Source: an uncultured virus (IMG/VR IMGVR_UViG_3300021089_000001) (lineage: Duplodnaviria; Heunggongvirae; Uroviricota; Caudoviricetes). Taken from it: 64,000 bases of DNA. The translations under genes were made by a program, and so were the position numbers. How positions within the stretch are numbered: the first letter of the stretch is position 1; every line of letters starts with the position of its first letter. The stretch lies in the IMG/VR virus record IMGVR_UViG_3300021089_000001; one strand, written 5' to 3'. Below, piece by piece: positions 39,784 through 50,900 of the stretch. Under the pieces are notes generated by a model that did no database searches, was not told where the DNA came from, and worked only from the letters and a program-made list of their open reading frames with translations.

Positions 39784-41587
39784 ATCAGGTTATATTGCGG
39801 CAATAGCCAGAGGACATAATGCAGGTATATGTCTATTAAAAGATGGAGAAATTGTTTTTGCAATAGAAGAAGAAAGATTATCTAGACACAAATACGATGG
39901 TGGTCCATATCGTTCAATGATGGAAATATTAAAATATACGGACAAAATAGATTATCTAGTTGTAGCTCATACACAACCATTAGATGATCCTACTACTGGT
40001 AAAGTTGATTATACTCATGATGATGTATACACAGGGTTAGCAAGAAAATTAGGTTTAATAGATAGAAAAGCAGATTTACAACAACACCCACAAGTAATTG
40101 ACCTAAGTCATATCCATCATAAGTTACACGCCGGTTGTGCTTTTTATAGATCAGGATTTGATAAAGCCTGTTCAGTTATTGTTGATGGAGCAGGAACTTT
40201 TATGCCTGTTAATAATCAACTTACAGGAGATTTATGGATGTTTGAAATTGAATCTATTTTTGATTGCTCATATCCTAATAATATAACAACTGTATGGAAA
40301 CATTACGGTACTGGTTCTGCATCTCCAGGAGCATTTATAAAAAAACATCCTTCAGATAAAATGGGAGAACCAGGTAAAACTCATGAATGTTTATTTTCAG
40401 ATGTAGCAGGAATTGTTAAAGTTTATGAAGCAATTACTCAATACTGTGGATTCTCTGCCATTGAAGCAGGAAAAACAATGGGATTATTTCCTTATGGAAA
40501 AGCTAATGATAGAATTCCTCCATTATTTCATGATGAAGTAAAATATATGTCTTTGTCTAATAGACATTTAATAATTCCTACATATCCTAATGCGGCAATA
40601 GTAAATGAAGGCATTTATGATTACTTAGATGATACACCTGCAGATTGTCCTGATGTTACTAAACTAGATAATAGAAGAGATTTAGCATATTCTTGTCAAA
40701 CAGAAACTCAAGCAGAAGTTTTAAAATTAATTTATAAAGCTGTAGAAATGACAGGTCAAAAAAATGTTGTATTATCTGGTGGATATGGATTAAATTGTGT
40801 AGCAAATTATTGGTATCTTGAGTCTTTAAGAAAAGATGGAATTAATTTATTTGTTGAACCAGTATCAAATGACGCCGGAACAGCCATTGGAGCGGCTCTT
40901 TTATTTTATTATGGTATAACAGAAGATATGACAAAAAGACCACTTACTACATTATGTCAAGGTCTAGAAAGAAAATATACATTAGAAGAAATAGAAAAAT
41001 TAGCAAATAAATCAGGCATTGAATTAATGGACGCAAATGATAAAGATGTAGTTAAATTAATGATAGAAAAAAATATTATTTCTATGTTTCAAGGAAAATC
41101 AGAAAGTGGTCCAAGGGCATTAGGTAACAGAAGTATTTTATTTGATCCTACATTTAAAGATGGTAAAGATTTTGTTAATATAGTTAAACGTAGAGAATAT
41201 TTTAGACCTTTTGCAGGATCTATATTACATGAACACGTACACGAATGGTTTGATTTAAGAGGAATGGAAGAAAGTCCTTATATGATGTATGCTGTAAATT
41301 GTCAAGAAGGAATAGCAGAAAAAATTCCTAGTATTATACACGTAGATGGTACTTGTAGAATACAAACAGTTAAAGAAGAACAAAATCCATTGTATTATAA
41401 ATTAATTAAAGAGTTTTATAATCAAACAAAAATACCAATTGTGTTTAATACGTCATTTAATTTGGCTGGAGAACCACTTGTAGAAACATTAGAAGACGCT
41501 ATATGGACTCTTGAAGAATCTCTTTTAGAATATTTGTATCTTCCAGAATATGGAAAAATGTTAAAGGTGAAAAATGTCAAGAAATAG
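39776..41587 (+). CDS. O-carbamoyltransferase (NodU/CmcH/TobZ family)
   Basis: EEERLSRHK, HHKLHA, GKTMGL, SGGYGLNCVAN, GPRALGNRS, FRPFA, HVDGTCRIQTV, NTSFN; start moved to ATG 39776 behind GAGGA. Confidence 0.93.
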   Translation: MSKSGYIAAIARGHNAGICLLKDGEIVFAIEEERLSRHKYDGGPYRSMMEILKYTDKIDYLVVAHTQPLDDPTTGKVDYTHDDVYTGLARKLGLIDRKADLQQHPQVIDLSHIHHKLHAGCAFYRSGFDKACSVIVDGAGTFMPVNNQLTGDLWMFEIESIFDCSYPNNITTVWKHYGTGSASPGAFIKKHPSDKMGEPGKTHECLFSDVAGIVKVYEAITQYCGFSAIEAGKTMGLFPYGKANDRIPPLFHDEVKYMSLSNRHLIIPTYPNAAIVNEGIYDYLDDTPADCPDVTKLDNRRDLAYSCQTETQAEVLKLIYKAVEMTGQKNVVLSGGYGLNCVANYWYLESLRKDGINLFVEPVSNDAGTAIGAALLFYYGITEDMTKRPLTTLCQGLERKYTLEEIEKLANKSGIELMDANDKDVVKLMIEKNIISMFQGKSESGPRALGNRSILFDPTFKDGKDFVNIVKRREYFRPFAGSILHEHVHEWFDLRGMEESPYMMYAVNCQEGIAEKIPSIIHVDGTCRIQTVKEEQNPLYYKLIKEFYNQTKIPIVFNTSFNLAGEPLVETLEDAIWTLEESLLEYLYLPEYGKMLKVKNVKK

Positions 41588-42521
41588 TGCTATCTTTTTA
41601 AATGGTGGAGCAGGAAGAATGATTAGTTCTATACCTGCATTAGAAAATTTTGCAAAAGAAAATCCCAATGATGATTTTGTAATAATTTGTGAAGGCGGTA
41701 CGGATGTTTTAAAAGGTCATCCAACATTATATTATAAAACATATGACAATTGGCATAAAGGACTTTTTAAAGAATTAATAAAAGATAGAAATTGTATTAA
41801 TCCTGAGCCATATAGAGTATGGGAATACTACACTCAAAAGTGTAGTCTTGCTCAAGCATATGATATTGCAATTAATAATAAAGGTATAAGAGAATTAAAA
41901 AAACCTACAATAAAATTAAGCAAAGATGAATTATTATATGCTCGAAAAATGTTATCAGAAGTAAAAGAAAAATGCAAAAAAGACAAATTAATTGTTATTC
42001 AACCCTTTGGAAGAGGTGTTAGAAAAGAAGATAAAGACATAGTTGACATTACAGGTAGAAGTATGGAAACTAAAAATCTTTATAATATAGTAAGAAAGTT
42101 ATCTAAAAAATATGCTGTAATGATTATGACTGAAACACCATTAGAATTTAATAAGCATATGTCAGCACCAGTGGCTACGCCACAAAATGTACATATAAGA
42201 ATATGGATGGGTGTAATTAAACAATGTGATCACTTTTTAGGTTGTGATAGTGTAGGGCAACATATGGCTTATGTTTTCGACACAACTACAACATCAGTAA
42301 TAGGATCTACATTTCCTATTAATGTATCATTCCCAAACAATGAAAAATTCAATATTATTGATTTAGGTAAAGAAGATCGTGTTTATAGTCCTATAAGAGT
42401 TACCGTAGATGAGTTCTCAGACCGTATAAATGAGGGTATTATGGAGATGGATGACCAACAAGAGCAACAAGTTATTGCATCAGTCAATAGAATGATAAAA
42501 CACGGTAAAAATACCCAATAA
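41574..42521 (+). CDS. GT9-like glycosyltransferase 2 (paralog of 38806)
   Basis: GGAGR..SSIPAL, EPYRVWEYY, IVIQPFG, HFLGCDSVGQHMA. Confidence 0.72.
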   Translation: MSRNSAIFLNGGAGRMISSIPALENFAKENPNDDFVIICEGGTDVLKGHPTLYYKTYDNWHKGLFKELIKDRNCINPEPYRVWEYYTQKCSLAQAYDIAINNKGIRELKKPTIKLSKDELLYARKMLSEVKEKCKKDKLIVIQPFGRGVRKEDKDIVDITGRSMETKNLYNIVRKLSKKYAVMIMTETPLEFNKHMSAPVATPQNVHIRIWMGVIKQCDHFLGCDSVGQHMAYVFDTTTTSVIGSTFPINVSFPNNEKFNIIDLGKEDRVYSPIRVTVDEFSDRINEGIMEMDDQQEQQVIASVNRMIKHGKNTQ

Positions 42522-42587
42522 GCCCAATATCTACAGAAACTCTATCCTAATAAAATTGGTAAATACACTTAAAGAAGGAATCTTTAT

Positions 42588-43010
42588 ATGTTTGATGTAT
42601 CAAAACTCTTTGGAAAAGGCGATAAAAATACGCTATTAATGAAAAATGGATTAAATTTTTCATACAATGGCCCATCTGCCACTGTAGAAGAAGGATTAGT
42701 TTTAGACAGATTTCACCTTGCAACTTTTTGTTCTGCAGAATATACAATATCTATAGACTATGATACTAATAATAAAGAAATTATTAGAGCATTAGTAGTA
42801 GGTGCTCCATTAAATAGTTCTGTTACAATTTACGGTAGATCAAATTTGGGAAATAATTTAGTAAAATTAACTAGTACAGTTACTGATTCTTTTGTAGAAT
42901 TAAAACTAGATCCAGAAAATAAAACAGCAACAACAAAATATAACGGTTCAAAAGCTATCTTTAAGGCAACATATTTTCAAACAATGAATGCTTTATTAGG
43001 TGGTGTATAA
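42588..43010 (+). CDS. Virion-associated beta protein of unknown function
   Basis: SAEYTISI..E..L pattern; TAAATA at 42560-42565. Confidence 0.6.
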   Translation: MFDVSKLFGKGDKNTLLMKNGLNFSYNGPSATVEEGLVLDRFHLATFCSAEYTISIDYDTNNKEIIRALVVGAPLNSSVTIYGRSNLGNNLVKLTSTVTDSFVELKLDPENKTATTKYNGSKAIFKATYFQTMNALLGGV

Positions 43011-43049
43011 TATGAAATTAAATTTTGATAAATATAGAGTATAGATAAA

Positions 43050-44906
43050 ATGGCAGTAAATTATAAACAGTTTGAAGCAAACTACGGATTTAAAAGCCCA
43101 GGATTTACGGTTGATAATCTTGGTAATGTATCTGTTAGAACAATTACTAATACATATACTCCGACTGCATCTGATTCCATAGATTATACAGTTACAGAAC
43201 AAACCAATAATTTTTCTATTGTAGATAAAGATAGTAATAATTTAGGATCAAACCCAGCTCTTGATTTAAAAAGAGGTACAACTTATGTTTTTGACCTTAA
43301 TACTACATCTATTACATGGAATATTTTTTCACCAGATACAAATAATAATGCAGTTGCTGGAGTTTCTTATAGTACTGGGTTATCGCATACTACAAGTATC
43401 AATGGACAAAACCTTGCAACTGATACATGGACAGTTGCACAAACTTGGCAACAAGAATCTTCATCTTATAGTAGACCTGTAACTGTTGTTGTTCCTAATA
43501 CTACCGGAACACCATTACAAGGCAAACAAATTCCAGTAATTATAACTTTACACAATGCAAATCAATCGGCTGGAAATGCTATTACAAATTTAAATTATCT
43601 AACAGATAAAATTATAATTGCTCCTCAGGGTTACAGTAAAGAATGGAATACAGGATATACTACTACTAAAGCAGATGATATAGCATACCTTGATGCAATA
43701 ATAGATAAGTTAGCGGATTATGACAATGTAGATTTAAGAGAAATTTCAATTCATGGTAAAGGACTTGGTGGACAAATGGCACACCAATACGCTTTACAAA
43801 CAACAAAAACAAATATTAAAAATGTAATCATTGAATCAGCATTATTCAATGAAGACCAATACAGAGAAAATACAGGTATTTTTTACAAAATGGCTTTAGC
43901 TAATTTAGGAGATTCAACAGCAGTTTCTTGGGCACCAGTAACGCCTTTATCTAAAGCAAAAGTTATAATGTTTCATGGTGAAGAAGATTTAGCATATCCA
44001 TTTAATGGTGGAGTTGTAGCTGGTCAAACTATTTTAACAGCGGCATCTACAATATATGGCTGGGCAAAAGCAAATAGTACTATAGAAAATAAATTATTAT
44101 CTGGTGTACTTCAATTAGATGGTTCTAATTTATATTCTTATAATTCAGGTAATGTGTCGCTATATGCTTATTCTAATGTAGCACAAACTTGGGAAGGAAG
44201 TGTATTAACAAGCGTTCAAACAAGAGTAAATGAGACAGCTACTCCTTCTTCATATGTAGATATTCCAACAGCTTCTACTGTAACTGGAGAAGATGCTTTA
44301 GCAAAATCTAAAGGACTTTTAAGTTTTGTAGTACCAATTGATGCTCCAGATAAACTATTTTATGGTGATGCAGATAGAGTTCCTAGTGCGGCAATTAATA
44401 TAACTAATCCTACAGTAACAGGAATTGGATCATTTAGTTCTATTCTTAATACAGGAAATTTAATAAGTTCAGGTGCAGATGCAATTATAACAATTAGTCC
44501 TACAGGTACTGGTACAGTAAATATTAATCCAGCTGGTGGTGGTACTATAAACAATGTAAATATTAATGCAACAAATTTAACAACATCTGGTGAAGTATCT
44601 ATAACACCTAATTCAGATGTAACTATAAGCCCACAATTAAGTGGTACACTAACAGTAAACCCTTCAGCAACAGGATCTTTAAATAATGTGTCCGTTGGAC
44701 AATCTGTTCCTAAAGCAGGAGCTTTTACTACTCTCATTTCGACGTCAGGAACGTTAAATAGTACTACAATTGGTACAACGACACCTGCCAATGCTGGATT
44801 TTTATCCGCAACGGGCGAAAGTACGCCTACAACAGGTAAACACTTGACCAATAAAACTTATGTAGACGCAACTAGTATGGCATATTCTATTGCGTTAGGG
44901 GTATAA
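43050..44906 (+). CDS. Tail protein containing an inserted degenerate alpha/beta-hydrolase (LpqC/PHB-depolymerase-like) domain
   Basis: PVIITLH, IIAPQG..WN, DDIAYL, GKGLGG.MA, FHGEED..PFNGG; C-terminal NKTYVD..AYSIALG. Confidence 0.72.
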   Translation: MAVNYKQFEANYGFKSPGFTVDNLGNVSVRTITNTYTPTASDSIDYTVTEQTNNFSIVDKDSNNLGSNPALDLKRGTTYVFDLNTTSITWNIFSPDTNNNAVAGVSYSTGLSHTTSINGQNLATDTWTVAQTWQQESSSYSRPVTVVVPNTTGTPLQGKQIPVIITLHNANQSAGNAITNLNYLTDKIIIAPQGYSKEWNTGYTTTKADDIAYLDAIIDKLADYDNVDLREISIHGKGLGGQMAHQYALQTTKTNIKNVIIESALFNEDQYRENTGIFYKMALANLGDSTAVSWAPVTPLSKAKVIMFHGEEDLAYPFNGGVVAGQTILTAASTIYGWAKANSTIENKLLSGVLQLDGSNLYSYNSGNVSLYAYSNVAQTWEGSVLTSVQTRVNETATPSSYVDIPTASTVTGEDALAKSKGLLSFVVPIDAPDKLFYGDADRVPSAAINITNPTVTGIGSFSSILNTGNLISSGADAIITISPTGTGTVNINPAGGGTINNVNINATNLTTSGEVSITPNSDVTISPQLSGTLTVNPSATGSLNNVSVGQSVPKAGAFTTLISTSGTLNSTTIGTTTPANAGFLSATGESTPTTGKHLTNKTYVDATSMAYSIALGV

Positions 44907-44913
44907 AAATTAA

Positions 44914-47900
44914 ATGGCTAAAAAGAAATTAAACAATTATATATTTCAAACAGGAATTCCTAAAAACGGGAATAATTATCCTGTAGCTCATAATCTTATC
45001 GATAAAAATAAAGAGTGGATTAAAGATGAAATGATGGGTTATATCGCTGAGAAAACATCTCAAGATACAGCCGCTGATTTATATCCTAATATATCTAACA
45101 GAATTACAAACAATAAAACTTTTATTAAAGATGAAGTATGGGCCTGGGTGGCGGCACAAGTTGCAGGTAACATTGCTCCATTTGCCGGTTATACTAAAAC
45201 TGAAGACACTGTAGAAACAGATGTAGAAGCAGTAGTAGAAGCTATTGCACGTGACGTTAGATATGGTGGAAATGAAAATTTAAGACTTCAATCAGGTACA
45301 TATTTTATAGATGGTGTACTCCAATTAGCTAACAGTGGAGATCCTGAAATCGCATATTGGGGTTATATGCGAACACTTATAAAAGATTCTATTTTACCTG
45401 GAGGTGCATTTGGTACTTTACAAACTAGTACATCTTACACTCCTACAGGAGCAACATATACGCCAACAACTGGTGATATGATTTTAACTATTGGTGCTCA
45501 CACTTTAACAGTTGGACAATCTGTTAGAATTAGTACACTTGGTTTAACTTTTACGTGTGCAATGGACAACAATGCAACAAATCACAGTTATCCAAGAGCA
45601 TCTGGTTCAGCCGCACCCGGTGGTGCTGATTTTTTTTATAATAAACCAGTTAAAGTTACAGCTAAAGATTCAGTATCAATTACTATAAACGTAGGAGTAT
45701 CAAGTAATACAACAGCACATACTTTTGTAAGTGCTACTTCTGGTAGTGTACAAAGTGGAACAGTACAAGATTTAACAGGAACAAATGCTGAAAGTGCCGG
45801 TGTTACTGACTTTGATACAAAATTAGGACAATTAATTGAAACAGTTGACAATGGAATTGTTCAATTACCTGCTCTTACAAGTAGTTCTTATGTATTTGAA
45901 AATTTTACTTATAATTCAGATAAGTGCGATAGAGATTATGATTTTATTCTTGATGCATATCTTAATGATTTACGTTACAATGGTAACAAACAAACAAGAT
46001 TTATTGCTTCTAAATTCTGGGTAGGAACAACTCCTCAAATAGATGGAGATAGACAACCAGAAGTTGCCGCAACAGATTGGGTTAGAGATTTATTAATTAA
46101 TTACGTTTTACCAAATAAATCTGTAACTTTCACACCAACAAATGTAGTATACACTCCGACAACTGGAGTAATGGTATTAACTATTGGATCTCATCCTATG
46201 TTGGTTAATGAATATATTAGAATTAATACAAACAGTTTAACATTTACTTGTGCAATGGATAGTCATGCGACTAACCATACATATCCTAGAGCGTCTGGAT
46301 CAAATGCACCAGGTGGGGCTGACTATGCCTATAATGAACCAGTTAAAATTACATCAGTAAGTGCAACATCAATTACTGTAAACGTAGGAACATCAACTAA
46401 TACATCAGCACATACTTTTATAAGTGCTACTACAGGTGCAGTAACACAATCAAAACAAAATCCAGTTGTTACTACTCAATTTACAGATGGAAATAATTCT
46501 GAATCAAACGCGACAAATAGAATAGTAACATTGTCAAATATTATTTCTGATGTAAAAGCAAATGGTTTAGATAATTTACCAGCATTAGAAAAAAATGAAG
46601 TATCTAGTTTAAAAGTTGTTAATCCAGGTGGACAAATTAATCATGAAGATATTTTATTAATTACTAACACTACAAGAAATACTGTATTATATAATTTTGC
46701 TGATGCAAGTCTTGGCTGTACAGTTGAATATGAAAAAGAAACTGACGATGATTTTAAAGCATTCTTACACGGTAGTGATACTGTAACTACAATATTTTTA
46801 AATGCTGATACTTCTAGCCATACAGTTGATGATGCAGTATCAATTTTTGTAGAAGGCGGCGAACTTAGAACAAGACCATTTGATTTTGGTACTGACGCAA
46901 TTGAAAGATTTAGAATTGCAAAACCACAATCAATGATAGATGCTGACTTTGAATATGGTCTTCAGCCAACCAAGTGGCAAGCAATTGGAACACAAAGAGG
47001 TTATCCATCAATTTACGAAGTACCGGGAACAGATATAGATATCGCATCAGTAACAACTGACGCATCAACTGGTACAGCAGGAATAGGTGCATCATTAATA
47101 ACTGTAACAACAGTTGGCCCTCACGCCATGTTATCAGGTGATCCTTTAACTATTATAGGTTTTGCAGGATCAGGTGTAGAAGGGGCAGGTAGAGCACAAG
47201 GTTCATTTGTTGTAAATTCTGTAACATCTAATAAAATTTTTACTTACTATGCAAAAGCAAAAGTAGGAACAGCAAACGGTCAAACAATATCAACTAAATT
47301 TACTCAAATGCGTAAAGGTGCATTTTATACTGGAGCAGATTTAGGAGAACCATCGTTCTCTGTTGTATCACAAGGATCAAGTGGAGCAGTTGCAACTTCA
47401 TTAAAAGTATTAGCAGGACAATCAATTGTTCCATTTACAGGAGCAACTCCTCCAACAGGAGCTCCAGTTACAGGAACAGGTATCGCAACAGGTACTCAAA
47501 TTACAGCAATTACTGGTACAGGTGGAGCTTTAGTTAGTCCAAAAATTAAAGGAGATTATGCTTCAGGTGTAACTCAAGTTGAAGTTGTAGATCCGGCAGG
47601 TATATTACAAAATTCTGTATTGGATAGAGGAGATGGTTTTGGTACAAATATTATAAACGTTAATGGAGCAGTATTAACTTTATCAAGTCCTTTACAATCA
47701 AGTTTAGTAGGTGATCAAACAGTTTATTCAAATGTTGCTGGATTAAACAGATCACCAAATGGTACAAGTGCAACTTGGCAAATAAGTTGGACAGGTGGTG
47801 CTTATACTGTTGTACAAGGAATAACTGGAACAAATTATCAACTTGGTGATGCAATAACAATTCTTGGAACGGCTTTAGGTGCATCATCTCCAGCAAATGA

Positions 47901-50900
47901 TGTAACAATTAATATAGACAGTGTAGATACTGGAGGAGAAATTCTTACTTTCAGTTATTCAGGAACTGCATTTGATGGTACAGGATCAGCTTCAGACATT
48001 ACTGGTAGCGTACCAGGTGGCGTAGGCACAGGTGGAGAATTTAATATTACTAAAACTAATACTTCATATGCGGTAGCATTAGCAAGTCAAACCTTTACAC
48101 TTTTAAATCCTCAATATGCAGGTGGCGGTGGTACTGGATCTATTTGGGACATAACATTCACAAATGGTGTTTATAATACTGTTACAATGTCAAACGGTGG
48201 ATCTGGTTTTATTGTTAATGATACAATTAGAATTGCAGGAACAGAATTTGGTGGACAAGGCGATCTGAATGAATTATTAATTAGAGTTACTGGTGTAAGT
48301 TCAGGAGTAATAACAAGTCATTCATCTGCAGGTACGGCTCCAGATGCAACAGTAATATATACAAATCCAGCATTTACTACAAGTGGTTCAGGTACATTAG
48401 CAACATTTAGCGTAACTAGAACAGGAACGGCTTATACAGCAATTATTACAGCGCCAGGAACTAATTATGGAGTTTCTGATACTATAACAATTGATGGTGG
48501 AAATTTAGGTGGTGCATCAACAACAAATGACTGTACATTAACCGTTGCAACTATTGATGGTTCAGGTGGAATAACAAGTGTAACTCCTACTGGTTTAGCT
48601 GTTAATACAAAGACTATTGCTGGAATAACATCAGGTAATAACTACGTAGGTTCAAATGCTCAATTTAGTGTTACTAATCCAGTGGGTGGTAGCTATACTA
48701 GTATTACAGCAACAAATGTAGGACAACATTATACATTAGGTCAAGAATTAACAATATTAGGAACACAATTAGGAGGTTTATCTCCTACACACGATTTAAC
48801 AATTACATTGGCAACAGCGTTAGGAGCCAATGATGCAATTGTACAAGGTAATTGGACTATTTCTGGTAATGCTACAGATGGTCCCGGTACATTAAATTAT
48901 GTAGCAAATGACATATTAAAAATTAACGGTACAGCATTAGGCGGAGCTAATATTACAAATGATGCATACGTTAGGGTGTCTAGCGTAGACGCAGAAGGGT
49001 CGATTACAGGAGTAGCTGTCACTGGAACCGGAACAGATGGTGATGTAACATATACAGAAGTACCAGAATGGGATGGATCAACTATACCAGGATGGACTAC
49101 AAGTTTAGCAGGAACAGGTGCAACATTTACAATTCAAAGAATAGGAACGGCTTATACAGCTACAGTAGTAGCAACAGGTTCGGGATTTGTAGGGACAGAA
49201 GCAATAACAATTTTAGGAACACATTTAGGTGGTGCAACACCAGCCAATGATGCTTCATTTACAATTGATACTGTTAATGCAGGAGCAGTTGCTACTATAA
49301 GTGCAGTAACTGGAACAGCGGCTAATACTCAATTATACACAAACGCACCTACAGAAAAAAGAGTAGGTCAAGGTGAAGCATTTGATATTAGTATCACAGG
49401 TGGAAATTATACTGTAGATCAAATTTCACAGGCAGGTACAAATTTCTGGGTAGGACAAATAGTAGTAATTCCTGGAACATCTTTATTTGGTTCTTCACCA
49501 GCAAATGATTGTTCAATAGAAATTACATCAGTAGATGCAGTATCAACTGGTGGAATTACAGGTACAACTGTAACTGGAAGTGCTAACACTGGTACAGGTG
49601 CCGCAGGAACAATGTTAATTGGTACTAATAGACCACAAACAGGTATTGGAGCAGTATTCTATATAACTAGATCATACACAGACGATTCATCAACTACATA
49701 TACAGAAGCAACAGTTTCTAGTTTAGGAACAGGTTATAATGTAGGAGATCAAATTGTTGTTAGTGGAACAGCATTAGGCGGAGGAACTCCTGCACATGAT
49801 TGTAATGTTACTGTTCAAGCTATAAATTCATCAGGTGGTATATCACAATGTACTCACTCAGGTAGTGCAGTAACAGGAACAGGTGTAACAGTTTATTCAT
49901 CTCTTACTTTATCAGATGTAACTACGCAAGTTTTACCAGCATCATCTACAATAACTTATAGTGCAATAGCAACTATACAAGTACAATTTTTAACTCCACA
50001 TGGTTTAGTTCCAGGAGATGGTTTCTTAGTAACTATTGGATCTGATGATGGAAGTAATAATCACTTATTAGCATCAGGACCATTCCTTGTTACAGAACTT
50101 CCAGCAACTAATCAATTAAGATTTCAAGCTAGATCACCAGGACAAATTACAGATCTTAACTGGTCTGGATTCGTATATGTTAGACCAGATTCATTCTTTG
50201 TACATAGACCATTTGATGGAGGAGTACAATTAGGAACAGGTGGACCACAACACGGTGCACAGGCAATAAGACAATCTAAAAAATATATTAGATATCAATC
50301 AGGTAAAGGTATCATGTATACAACAGGTGCCTTGTTTGCTCCATCTTATGATATTTTAAATGTTGTAGCAGATGGTAAAACAGTTGGATCTGTAATATCT
50401 GTTACTACAGATGAAGTTGACCACGGATTACAAGTTGGTGCAACTATAACATTAATTGGAATAGCACAACAAGAATTTAATGATGATTATATAGTAATTC
50501 AAATTGTAAATGAAAGAACATTTAAAGTTACTGCTAATAGTTCTTTAAGTATGTTAACTCCAGAATTTAAAGATCAACCACAAGTATCATTAAAATATTG
50601 GAATGGTGCAACTGTAAGATCAGGTATATTTGATGATCAAAATGGAATTTTCTGGGAATATGATGGTGTAAACTTAAATCTTTGTCAAAGAACAGCTACA
50701 AGACAATTAGCAGGAACAATTTCAGTAAATCCTGATTCTAATACAATTACAGGACTAGGAACAAGATTTAGAGAACAATTAAAAGCAGGTGATAGAATAG
50801 TAATAAGAGGTATGACTCACGTTGTATCTAATGTTGCAGATAATTTAACAATGAATGTTACTCCAGACTATAGAGGAGTTAATCCAGCCGCTGGTGTTAA

